From the NCBI GenBank assembly GCA_949287225.1, contig CASEFP010000157.1, positions 175 to 64,174 of the forward strand: a stretch of DNA of 64,000 nucleotides. The letters are read 5' to 3'. This document shows, one piece after another, positions 46,745-53,987 of the stretch. The position numbers and the translations under genes are program-made. The notes under the pieces were generated by a model. That model had not been told where the DNA came from, searched no databases, and saw only the letters and a list, made by a program, of their open reading frames with translations. Position 1 is the stretch's first letter, and the number at the start of each line of letters is the position of its first letter. Source of the stretch: an uncultured Lentisphaeria bacterium. Its GTDB lineage: Bacteria; Verrucomicrobiota; Lentisphaeria; Victivallales; UBA1829.

Positions 46745-47359
46745 TTATCTTGAGTAGAGTTTGTTCTGCCTGATCACATCCATGACCGGGGGCGGAAGAA
46801 AACGTGCCGCCCCGTTCCAGTCGCCGCGCCGGATCATGCCCCGGATCTCCGTCGAGGAGACCGGAAAACACGGCACAGACGGAAGCACGGAAGCCAGAAG
46901 TTTTTCCGTTTCCTCCTCCGTCCAGTGGAGCCGCAGTCCGGCGCGGGAGATCTCCTCTCCCTCACGCGGATATGCGATGACGCCGAAACACCGGACGATC
47001 TCGCGCGCATCCTTCCACAGATGCAGCTGCCGGAGACTGTCTCCCCCGATCAGCAGTAATATAGCATCGTTTTTATGCAATTGCGAAAGCTGTTTTAAAG
47101 TATCAATCGTATAAGAGCGCCCTGTGCGGTGGTTTTCGATGTCGGAGAGCGCGAATCCGGTGCATCCCTCCAGCGCAAGAGCAAGCATCCGGAAACGGAG
47201 CGCGAACGGCGTGATGGCGCGGCCGGATTTGTGCGGCGGCTCGGGCGCGGGAACAAACAGCACCTGTTCCGCACGCTGATGCGCAAGCACCTCATGTGCC
47301 AGCGCAAGATGGCCGTTGTGAACGGGATCGAAAGTTCCGCCGAAAAATGCGATTTTCAT
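46745..47359 (-). CDS. nadD: Nicotinate-nucleotide adenylyltransferase
   Basis: MKIAFFGGTFDPVHNGHLALA contains the (H/T)xGH motif. The start is refined to ATG 47359 with a GAGGAA RBS. The conserved nadD-rsfS order is present. Confidence 0.9.
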   Translation of the reverse strand: MKIAFFGGTFDPVHNGHLALAHEVLAHQRAEQVLFVPAPEPPHKSGRAITPFALRFRMLALALEGCTGFALSDIENHRTGRSYTIDTLKQLSQLHKNDAILLLIGGDSLRQLHLWKDAREIVRCFGVIAYPREGEEISRAGLRLHWTEEETEKLLASVLPSVPCFPVSSTEIRGMIRRGDWNGAARFLPPPVMDVIRQNKLYSR

Positions 47360-47440
47360 GATTTCCTCTTGCAATTCCACTTTTTCCGTTCATATTTAAG
47401 CATGAAAAAAGAGAAACTCAAATGCCGGAAGTGATTTTTT

Positions 47441-48811
47441 ATGCAAATCCCTTTCAAAATTGATTCCTCGATCCGGAAACGCCGGATGTTTTCCGCCGCA
47501 TGCGGGATCATCGCACGACTGCGCGATGCCGGGTATTCGGCCTATCTGGTCGGCGGCGCGGTGCGTGATCTCTGCCTCGGGAAGGTTCCGAAGGACTGCG
47601 ACATCACCACCGACGCGCATCCCGCTGAAATCATGAAGCTATTTCCCGACTCCATCCCGATCGGCGCCTCGTTCGGGGTCGTCACGGTGGTCGCCGATTC
47701 GATGAATTTCGAGGTGGCGACCTTCCGCGAGGAGCGCGATTACGAGGACGGGCGCCGCCCGGAAAACATTCAATTCAGCCGGACGCCGGAAGAGGATGTC
47801 GCCCGGCGGGACTTCACGATCAACGCAATGCTGCTCGATCCTGATACGGAAACCCTGTTCGACTATACCGGCGGATACGAGGATCTGCGCCGCGGCATTC
47901 TCCGCACGATCGGAGACCCTGTCACACGGTTTTCGGAAGACTATCTGCGGATGCTCCGGGCGATCCGTTTCGCGGTTCGGCTCCAGCTGACGCCGGAAGC
48001 TCCCCTGCTGCACGCGATTGAACTTCTGGCGCCGAAACTGCGTTACCTTTCCGCAGAACGCGTGCGGGACGAGTTCACACGGATCCTCTGCGGTCCCGCG
48101 CCGGACCGTGCGTTCCGCATGGCGGCACAGCTCGGCATCCTGAAGGAACTTCTGCCCGAGATCGACGCGCTGCGCGGCGTCGAACAGCCGAAGGAATTTC
48201 ATCCCGAAGGTGATGTTTTTGAACACACGATGCGGATGCTTTCCCACATGGTGTATCCGTCGCCGGAACTCGGATGGTCCATTCTGCTTCACGACGCGGG
48301 CAAACCCGCCTGCCGCGGCATCCTCGAGGACGGCAGAGTTCATTTTTATACGCATGAAGAGAAAGGCGCAGTGATTGCAGAAGAGGTCATGCGCCGCCTG
48401 AAAATGCCGGGAAAAATGAGCGAACGCATTGTTTCCGCCGTCCGGAATCATATGCGCTTCGCCCAGATCGACAAAATGCGGACAGCGAAATGGCGGCGCC
48501 TGGCGGCGGAGGAGAATTTTCCGCTTGAGCTGGAACTTCACAGGATCGACTGCATCTCCTGCCACGGAAAACTGAACAACTATCTCCTGATGCTCGACCG
48601 TCTCCATGCGCTCGAAACCGCCCATGCGGAGGCAGTACCCCAACCGTTTCTGCGAGGCGGCGATATTCTTGCGCTCGGCGTTCCTCCGGGCCCGAAGGTC
48701 GGTTTCCTTCTGAAGTACGCAGCCGACCTCCAGCTCGACGGAATCGTCACGACCCGGGAGGATGCGCTGAACGCGGTGAAGAACCGCCTCATTCATCCCG
48801 CGGACCTGTAA
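47441..48811 (+). CDS. cca: CCA-adding tRNA nucleotidyltransferase with HD domain
   Basis: Motifs: YLVGGAVRDLCLGKVPKDCDITT, DFTINAM, and an HD region (ILLHDAGKP). Confidence 0.85.
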   Translation: MQIPFKIDSSIRKRRMFSAACGIIARLRDAGYSAYLVGGAVRDLCLGKVPKDCDITTDAHPAEIMKLFPDSIPIGASFGVVTVVADSMNFEVATFREERDYEDGRRPENIQFSRTPEEDVARRDFTINAMLLDPDTETLFDYTGGYEDLRRGILRTIGDPVTRFSEDYLRMLRAIRFAVRLQLTPEAPLLHAIELLAPKLRYLSAERVRDEFTRILCGPAPDRAFRMAAQLGILKELLPEIDALRGVEQPKEFHPEGDVFEHTMRMLSHMVYPSPELGWSILLHDAGKPACRGILEDGRVHFYTHEEKGAVIAEEVMRRLKMPGKMSERIVSAVRNHMRFAQIDKMRTAKWRRLAAEENFPLELELHRIDCISCHGKLNNYLLMLDRLHALETAHAEAVPQPFLRGGDILALGVPPGPKVGFLLKYAADLQLDGIVTTREDALNAVKNRLIHPADL

Positions 48812-48901
48812 ACGGCACAACCGGACCGGAACGCAGCATCCTTGCAGGCGGAGGAAACAGCCGTCCGCATCCGGCCGGCGGAACGCCGGAAGTGGAATTG
48901 C

Positions 48902-50329
48902 TCAGACGCCTTTCTTGTCCGGATTGAACGCCTGTGTCAGCGAGCAGGGTCCACCGGTGCATCCGCCGCAGCAGGCCATTACTTCGAGGAAATTCCCCGG
49001 CAGCTTGCCCTTGCCGTAGAGCTGAAGCATCTTCACCGTCTTGGGCGTGAGTCCGTTGATGAACTTGACATCCGCCTTGAAGTCGCGTTTCGCCAGCTCC
49101 GGATGCGCTTCAAGCTCCTTGAGAATCGCATCCGTGACGCCGCAGCTCTTCGCAAAGTTCCTCGCCGTTGCGGCGGCGGGACGCGGAATCGGCCACTCTT
49201 CCTGCGCGAGAACATCAATATTCATCGCGGCAAAAACGGTTCCGAGTTCTTCGAAGGTCATCACCCAGTCCACCTTTTCAGGGTGAAGGGTCACTTCGTA
49301 GCGTTTCGCGATGCACGGGCCGATGAAGACGATCTGCGCGTTCGGGTGTGCTTCACGGGCGATGTCCGCGGCATAAAGCATCGGGCTTGGCGTGGTGGAA
49401 ACCATCGGAAGAAGCTCCGGCGCGTGCTTCTTCGCCGCCTCGACATAGGCCGTGCAGCACGAGGAAGTCACAAGACGCTCTCCCGCAATCATTTTCTCCT
49501 GAAACTCCTGCGCCTCATGCTCCGTGGTCTTTTCCGCACCGAGCGCGACCTCGATCACATCCCTGAAGCCGATCTTCGCCACGGCGGAGAAGAGCTGCCC
49601 GACCGTGCCGGGGAACTGATCCTGCGCGGACGGCGCAATGATTGCGACAACCTCTTCCCCCTTGCGGATCTCGTTGAGAATGTTCAACAATTCGGAACGC
49701 TCCATGATCGCCGAGAACGGGCAGTTGGAGAAGCATTTTCCGCAGAAGATGCATTTGTCGTAGTCGATTTCGGCGATGCCTTCGGCATTCTTCTTGACCG
49801 CGCCGACCGGACAGGCGTCTTCGCAGGGAACCGCCGTTTTCGTAATCGCATGGAACGGGCAGAGCGTCATGCACTTGCCGCAGCTGATGCATTTGGACTG
49901 GTCGATGACGGCGTGCTGGTTCTCCACGCGAATCGCGCCGACCGGGCAGTTGTAGAAGCACGGGCGCGCGAAACATCCGCGGCAGTTGTCCGTGACGAAA
50001 TATTTCCGGTCGGGACATCCCGAGCATCCCGCGCCGCACGCGGTGATCGGCTTGTCCGGGCGCTTCTTTTCCGCAAGCGCGTCGTCCAGATATTCCCTGA
50101 GCGTCTTGCTTTCGTCCGTTTCCGCCTCGTAGGAGGCACCGAGCAGTGCCATGAGACGGTATTTGATGATCGCGCGGTCCTTGTAAATGCAGCAGCGGAC
50201 GGAATCCGATCCCTTCGGACGGATTTCATAAGGAATCTTGTCAATATCCTTTTCAATCGTTCCCGCTAGGAAGCTTTTGATCAGCCGGATCATCAGCTCC
50301 CGGCGCATTCTGACGACGCCGTTGTTCAT
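48902..50329 (-). CDS. [FeFe]-hydrogenase-like protein, group-B-like (ferredoxin-type 4Fe-4S domains + H-cluster domain)
   Basis: 475 aa. Two CxxCxxCxxxCP ferredoxin motifs are present (CISCGKCMTLCP, CIFCGKCFSNCP). H-cluster-like motifs: TSSCCTAYV, FIGPCIAKRYE, EVMACCGGCTGGPCS. ATGA overlap with the upstream gene. Confidence 0.7.
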   Translation of the reverse strand: MNNGVVRMRRELMIRLIKSFLAGTIEKDIDKIPYEIRPKGSDSVRCCIYKDRAIIKYRLMALLGASYEAETDESKTLREYLDDALAEKKRPDKPITACGAGCSGCPDRKYFVTDNCRGCFARPCFYNCPVGAIRVENQHAVIDQSKCISCGKCMTLCPFHAITKTAVPCEDACPVGAVKKNAEGIAEIDYDKCIFCGKCFSNCPFSAIMERSELLNILNEIRKGEEVVAIIAPSAQDQFPGTVGQLFSAVAKIGFRDVIEVALGAEKTTEHEAQEFQEKMIAGERLVTSSCCTAYVEAAKKHAPELLPMVSTTPSPMLYAADIAREAHPNAQIVFIGPCIAKRYEVTLHPEKVDWVMTFEELGTVFAAMNIDVLAQEEWPIPRPAAATARNFAKSCGVTDAILKELEAHPELAKRDFKADVKFINGLTPKTVKMLQLYGKGKLPGNFLEVMACCGGCTGGPCSLTQAFNPDKKGV

Positions 50330-50598
50330 TGAACGTGCCTTTCGAGTAAGTCGTTGACTTTCTTGGAGATCAGGTCAACAGTCGCCTCTCCGACGATCTC
50401 GCCGTTGATCCGCACGAAGGGAGCGTGGCTGTAGTTGTCGTTCGTGCATACCTCCAGACAGGGCATCGCGACAATTTCCACTTTCCCGACCCACGGCGCG
50501 GGCATGGACTTTTCCAGTGCCAGCAGGCTCTGGGCCCCCAGAAGATAGCAGGTCGTTCCGCAGCAGACTTCAACTTTGATCATCCCTTGTTCGCTCAT
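50326..50598 (-). CDS. Thioredoxin-like [2Fe-2S] ferredoxin (NuoE/HndA-like small protein)
   Basis: 90 aa with the Cys pattern VCCGTTC...MPCLEVC. Confidence 0.6.
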   Translation of the reverse strand: MSEQGMIKVEVCCGTTCYLLGAQSLLALEKSMPAPWVGKVEIVAMPCLEVCTNDNYSHAPFVRINGEIVGEATVDLISKKVNDLLERHVQ

Positions 50599-50625
50599 TG
50601 TTTCCTCTCCGTTCTTGCTCTTAGG

Positions 50626-51819
50626 TTAAAAATAACGTATTGTGACATTTTTCCGATACTTGTTCTCCAGCGACGCCTGAAGACGCTTGATGACATTCCG
50701 CCGCATCTCCAGATCCACAGGCAGCGTCGGATCCTGATGCGCCTCGTTGATCTTGGTTCCGACGATGAATTCGACGATGTCGCTGTCCATCATCAAGTTG
50801 ACGATCTCCTTCGCCGCCGCGGCGGAGTTCTGCCAGTCGCCGGATTCCAGATCGGCGGCCACCTGCGTCAGCGTCAGGATTCCCTCGGTCACCAGTCCCA
50901 CGCCGCGCATGTAGCCCGGCGGCGGCAGGTTCCCGCTCCGGCTCACCATCTTGATGTCGATGTCAACCCGCGTGCGGAGTTCGCGCGAAACGATGTTCGC
51001 CGTGGTTCCGCCGCAGAGCACCACCTTGCCTTCCGGGAACACGGCGAGATTCGCATATTCCCGGTCGGTCTCCTTGCGGAACGGCGGACCTGTAATGACG
51101 CGCAGCACGCGCGGATGGCGCAGATAGAGCACCATGCAGGTGATATCGTCCATGCACTTGCGCTCGGGGTGGATCGACATCGCCTCGGCGGCGATCATCG
51201 AAGCCAGGTCGCGCGCTGAAATCTCGGGATTCTTCTCCACGGTGCGCCTGATGAAGTTGAGCGCGCCGTCGCGCCGCCAGCCGAACTTCCAGCCGGGACA
51301 GCCGAGCCCCGCCTGCGTGACGCCGTCGGAAAACGCGATCAGGCGGTCGCCGGGCGCCATGGAAACCTCCGTAATCTTCATTTTGCGGTCCGGCCAGCGT
51401 TCGGACACCAGCTCCTTCACATTGTTTTTCGGCAAATCGATCAGGTTCCGCAGATGAATGAAGGGCGGATTGTCCATTTCCACGACGCGGGTTTTCCCGC
51501 CGAGCTGCATGTCGAACACCGTGAACGTGGCATAGCTGATCTTGCGGATTTCGCAGACCGGAAGCGAATCCATGATGATTTCGGCGGACTGGAGGATGTC
51601 CATGTTGGAACGGACGAACTCCAGCGCCATCGTGGAGGTCATGCTCGCCATCAGATTGGCCTTGATTCCGCTTCCGAGCCCGTCGGAAAGAACGGCGATC
51701 GTGCGTTTCTCGTTCGGAATCCTCACGCAGCGGAAATCGTCCCCGCAGGCGGCCTGCCCGGTCTTGATCCACTGGCTGGCCTCCAGCTCGACGAAAAGCT
51801 TGTCATTTTCCATCGCCAT
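50626..51819 (-). CDS. PP2C/SpoIIE-family serine phosphatase with an extra C-terminal domain
   Basis: Start refined to MAMENDKLF (ATG 51819; alternative 51813). Motifs: CGDDF...AVLSDGLGSGIKA...GDRLIAFSDGVTQAG...DDITCMVLY. It overlaps the end of the upstream hydrogenase-like gene. Confidence 0.8.
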   Translation of the reverse strand: MAMENDKLFVELEASQWIKTGQAACGDDFRCVRIPNEKRTIAVLSDGLGSGIKANLMASMTSTMALEFVRSNMDILQSAEIIMDSLPVCEIRKISYATFTVFDMQLGGKTRVVEMDNPPFIHLRNLIDLPKNNVKELVSERWPDRKMKITEVSMAPGDRLIAFSDGVTQAGLGCPGWKFGWRRDGALNFIRRTVEKNPEISARDLASMIAAEAMSIHPERKCMDDITCMVLYLRHPRVLRVITGPPFRKETDREYANLAVFPEGKVVLCGGTTANIVSRELRTRVDIDIKMVSRSGNLPPPGYMRGVGLVTEGILTLTQVAADLESGDWQNSAAAAKEIVNLMMDSDIVEFIVGTKINEAHQDPTLPVDLEMRRNVIKRLQASLENKYRKNVTIRYF

Positions 51820-53527
51820 CTTTCTTGTCCTTGATTTCAGAATAACTTCCGGCGACCTCGCGGAGGATGATTTCGGTCTCCGCCATGTGTTCGCCGAGAT
51901 ACTGCGCAATCTTCTGCACCGTCGTCACGTTCTTCCGGATGACCTCGCGCGCCTTCTCCGCGACCTTCTCGCGGTGGAGTTCGCTCTGCGTCACATCCTG
52001 AATGACCGCTCCGACCGTGCGCCCCGCCGTGATGGAAAAGACGCTGATGTTGAAGATGCGGTCGCCGTAAATCTGGTTGAAGCGTTCCAGATCGCCCGAA
52101 CCGCCCGCGAAGGCGCTTTCAAAGAGATCGGAGAACTCGATCAGGCTGCGGAGATCCGCGCCGGTCAGGTTGCCGCAGGAGTCGTAGGCCGCAAGCGCGT
52201 CCTCGCCGCACATCTTCGCGAAATGGCGGTTGCATTCGATGATCTGGAGATTGTTGTCCACGATCACCACCGAGGCGGGGATGTATTTGATCAGCGCGTT
52301 GCTGGTCTTCTGCGAGATCGTGCGCAGATACGAGAGACACATCGAGGTTTCGGCTTTGCCGTCGATCATCGCGGCGGCGAACTCGCGGCAGCTGTTGTAG
52401 CCGCATCCGCCGCAGTTCAGCTCGTCTGCGGGCGAGTGCTTGCCGACGGTCTCGAGCGCGGCGACGATTTCCGCCTCCGTGGGAGTCTTCCGCGCGGGCA
52501 CATCCCGGTCGGGCTTCTCCTCCATCTCGACCTCCTTTGCGCGGCCGAGGCTCGAGGCGGACGCGGAGAGGTCCATCGTATTCATCAGCGTTTCAAGATC
52601 GGAACCGTCCTCCGGCATCACCGGGCCGTTCACACAGCCGCCATGGCAGGCAAGGCACTCAATGAAAATCTTCTTTCCGCCGTGCGCGTTCAGCGGCGCG
52701 GAACCAGAAAGCAGCCGCCCGATGTTCGCAAGCCCCGAAACCGCCACATAGCGGATGTCCGGATCGTTGCCCCGGAGCGTATCGTTCATGCCGCCCTCGA
52801 GCGAATAGGCGCGTCCCTCCTCGGCGGCTTTCGGCGCGAGAACCGCGTCCTCCACCTCGTCAAGGCGGATCTCCTTTTCCTCCAGCAGACTGCGGAGCGA
52901 CTCGAACGTCACGGCGAGCGAAAGGACATCCGGCGAACGGTCCGCCTCGTTCTTCTTCGCCGCGCAGGGGCCGAAAAAGACCACCTTGATATGATCTCCG
53001 TAGGTCCGTTTCAGGAGTTTGGCGTGCGCCATCACGGGCGAAACAACCGGAACGATGCAATCTGTGTATTCGGGAGCGTATTTCCGGATGTAGTCGACGG
53101 AGGCGGGACAGGCGCTCGAAATGAAGAGTTTGCGGTCGCTCTCCCTTACGATCCGCCCGGTCTCGGCGCTGACAAGCTCGGCTCCCAGCGCGGTTTCGGA
53201 GACGCCGGCGAATCCGAGCTTCCGGAGCGCTCCCGCGAGACGGTTGATCGAAACCCCCTTGAAATATCCGACAAAACTCGGTGCGACGGACGCGTAGAGC
53301 ACTTCCTTGTTTTCGAGCAGGAAACGGAGACGGCTCAGGTCGGAACGGATTTTCTTCGCGTGCGCGGGACAGACCTTCACGCAGGTGCCGCAGCAGACGC
53401 AGAGCTCCGGAATGACCGCCGCGCGCGCATTGACGATCCGGATCGCCTTGCAGTGGCAGTGCCGGACGCATTTGTAGCAGTCCTGACATTCGTTGTCCGT
53501 CGTGAATACGGGAAAATTATGATTCAT
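51803..53527 (-). CDS. Sensory-type [FeFe]-hydrogenase-like protein with C-terminal PAS domain (HydS/HfsB-like)
   Basis: Start refined to MNHNFPVF (ATG 53527, RBS GGAGAGG). N-terminal Cys motifs: CQDCYKCVRHC, CVCCGTCVKVCP. H-cluster motifs: ISSACPASV, FFGPCAAKKNE, ECLACHGGCVNGP. A C-terminal PAS-like region follows (VVIVDNNLQIIECNRHFAKMCG...). Confidence 0.8.
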   Translation of the reverse strand: MNHNFPVFTTDNECQDCYKCVRHCHCKAIRIVNARAAVIPELCVCCGTCVKVCPAHAKKIRSDLSRLRFLLENKEVLYASVAPSFVGYFKGVSINRLAGALRKLGFAGVSETALGAELVSAETGRIVRESDRKLFISSACPASVDYIRKYAPEYTDCIVPVVSPVMAHAKLLKRTYGDHIKVVFFGPCAAKKNEADRSPDVLSLAVTFESLRSLLEEKEIRLDEVEDAVLAPKAAEEGRAYSLEGGMNDTLRGNDPDIRYVAVSGLANIGRLLSGSAPLNAHGGKKIFIECLACHGGCVNGPVMPEDGSDLETLMNTMDLSASASSLGRAKEVEMEEKPDRDVPARKTPTEAEIVAALETVGKHSPADELNCGGCGYNSCREFAAAMIDGKAETSMCLSYLRTISQKTSNALIKYIPASVVIVDNNLQIIECNRHFAKMCGEDALAAYDSCGNLTGADLRSLIEFSDLFESAFAGGSGDLERFNQIYGDRIFNISVFSITAGRTVGAVIQDVTQSELHREKVAEKAREVIRKNVTTVQKIAQYLGEHMAETEIILREVAGSYSEIKDKKDGDGK

Positions 53528-53618
53528 GATCCTCTCCATTTCGTTGCCGCCGGCGTTCCGGAAACGCCGCGATCCCATCCCTGCGGCGGCATCCCCGCGC
53601 GAACGCTGCGGCGTGCTG

Positions 53619-53882
53619 TTATTTGAGTTTCTTCGGCGGAAGCGCCTGCCGGAGCAGGTCCAGCATCAGGCCGGTATCGACCTTCGTATAGACGCGGTCG
53701 TCGATCACGACGATCGGCCCGTCGGCGCAGCGGCCCTGGCAGAGCGAGCCGGAGAGATCCACATCGACCTCGTCCTTGTAGCCGTTCTCCTCCAGGTATT
53801 TCTCCGCGGTCTCGACATTCTTCGTGTTCCCGCGCGAAAAGCATGAGCTTCCGATGCAAATCACAATTCTCGGTTTCGCCAT
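53619..53882 (-). CDS. Thioredoxin-like [2Fe-2S] ferredoxin (HfsA/NuoE-like small protein)
   Basis: 87 aa with the Cys pattern ICIGSSC...SLCQGRC. The RBS is GGAGATGAAGG. Confidence 0.65.
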   Translation of the reverse strand: MAKPRIVICIGSSCFSRGNTKNVETAEKYLEENGYKDEVDVDLSGSLCQGRCADGPIVVIDDRVYTKVDTGLMLDLLRQALPPKKLK

Positions 53883-53914
53883 AAAATCCCTTCATCTCCT
53901 ATCGGCAAAAAGAC

Positions 53915-53960
53915 AAAAAAAAGCATTGCAGCATCCTTTTCTGATAAGATACTGCAATAC
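53915..53960 (-). terminator. Strong intrinsic terminator immediately after adhE
   Basis: On the minus strand, GTATTGCAGTATC (53960..53948) pairs with GATGCTGCAATGC (53935..53923). The stem is 13 bp including 2 G-U pairs, with a 12-nt loop, followed by T8. Confidence 0.7.
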
Positions 53961-53987
53961 TTTCAACTTTCAAACTCAAATCAGAGT

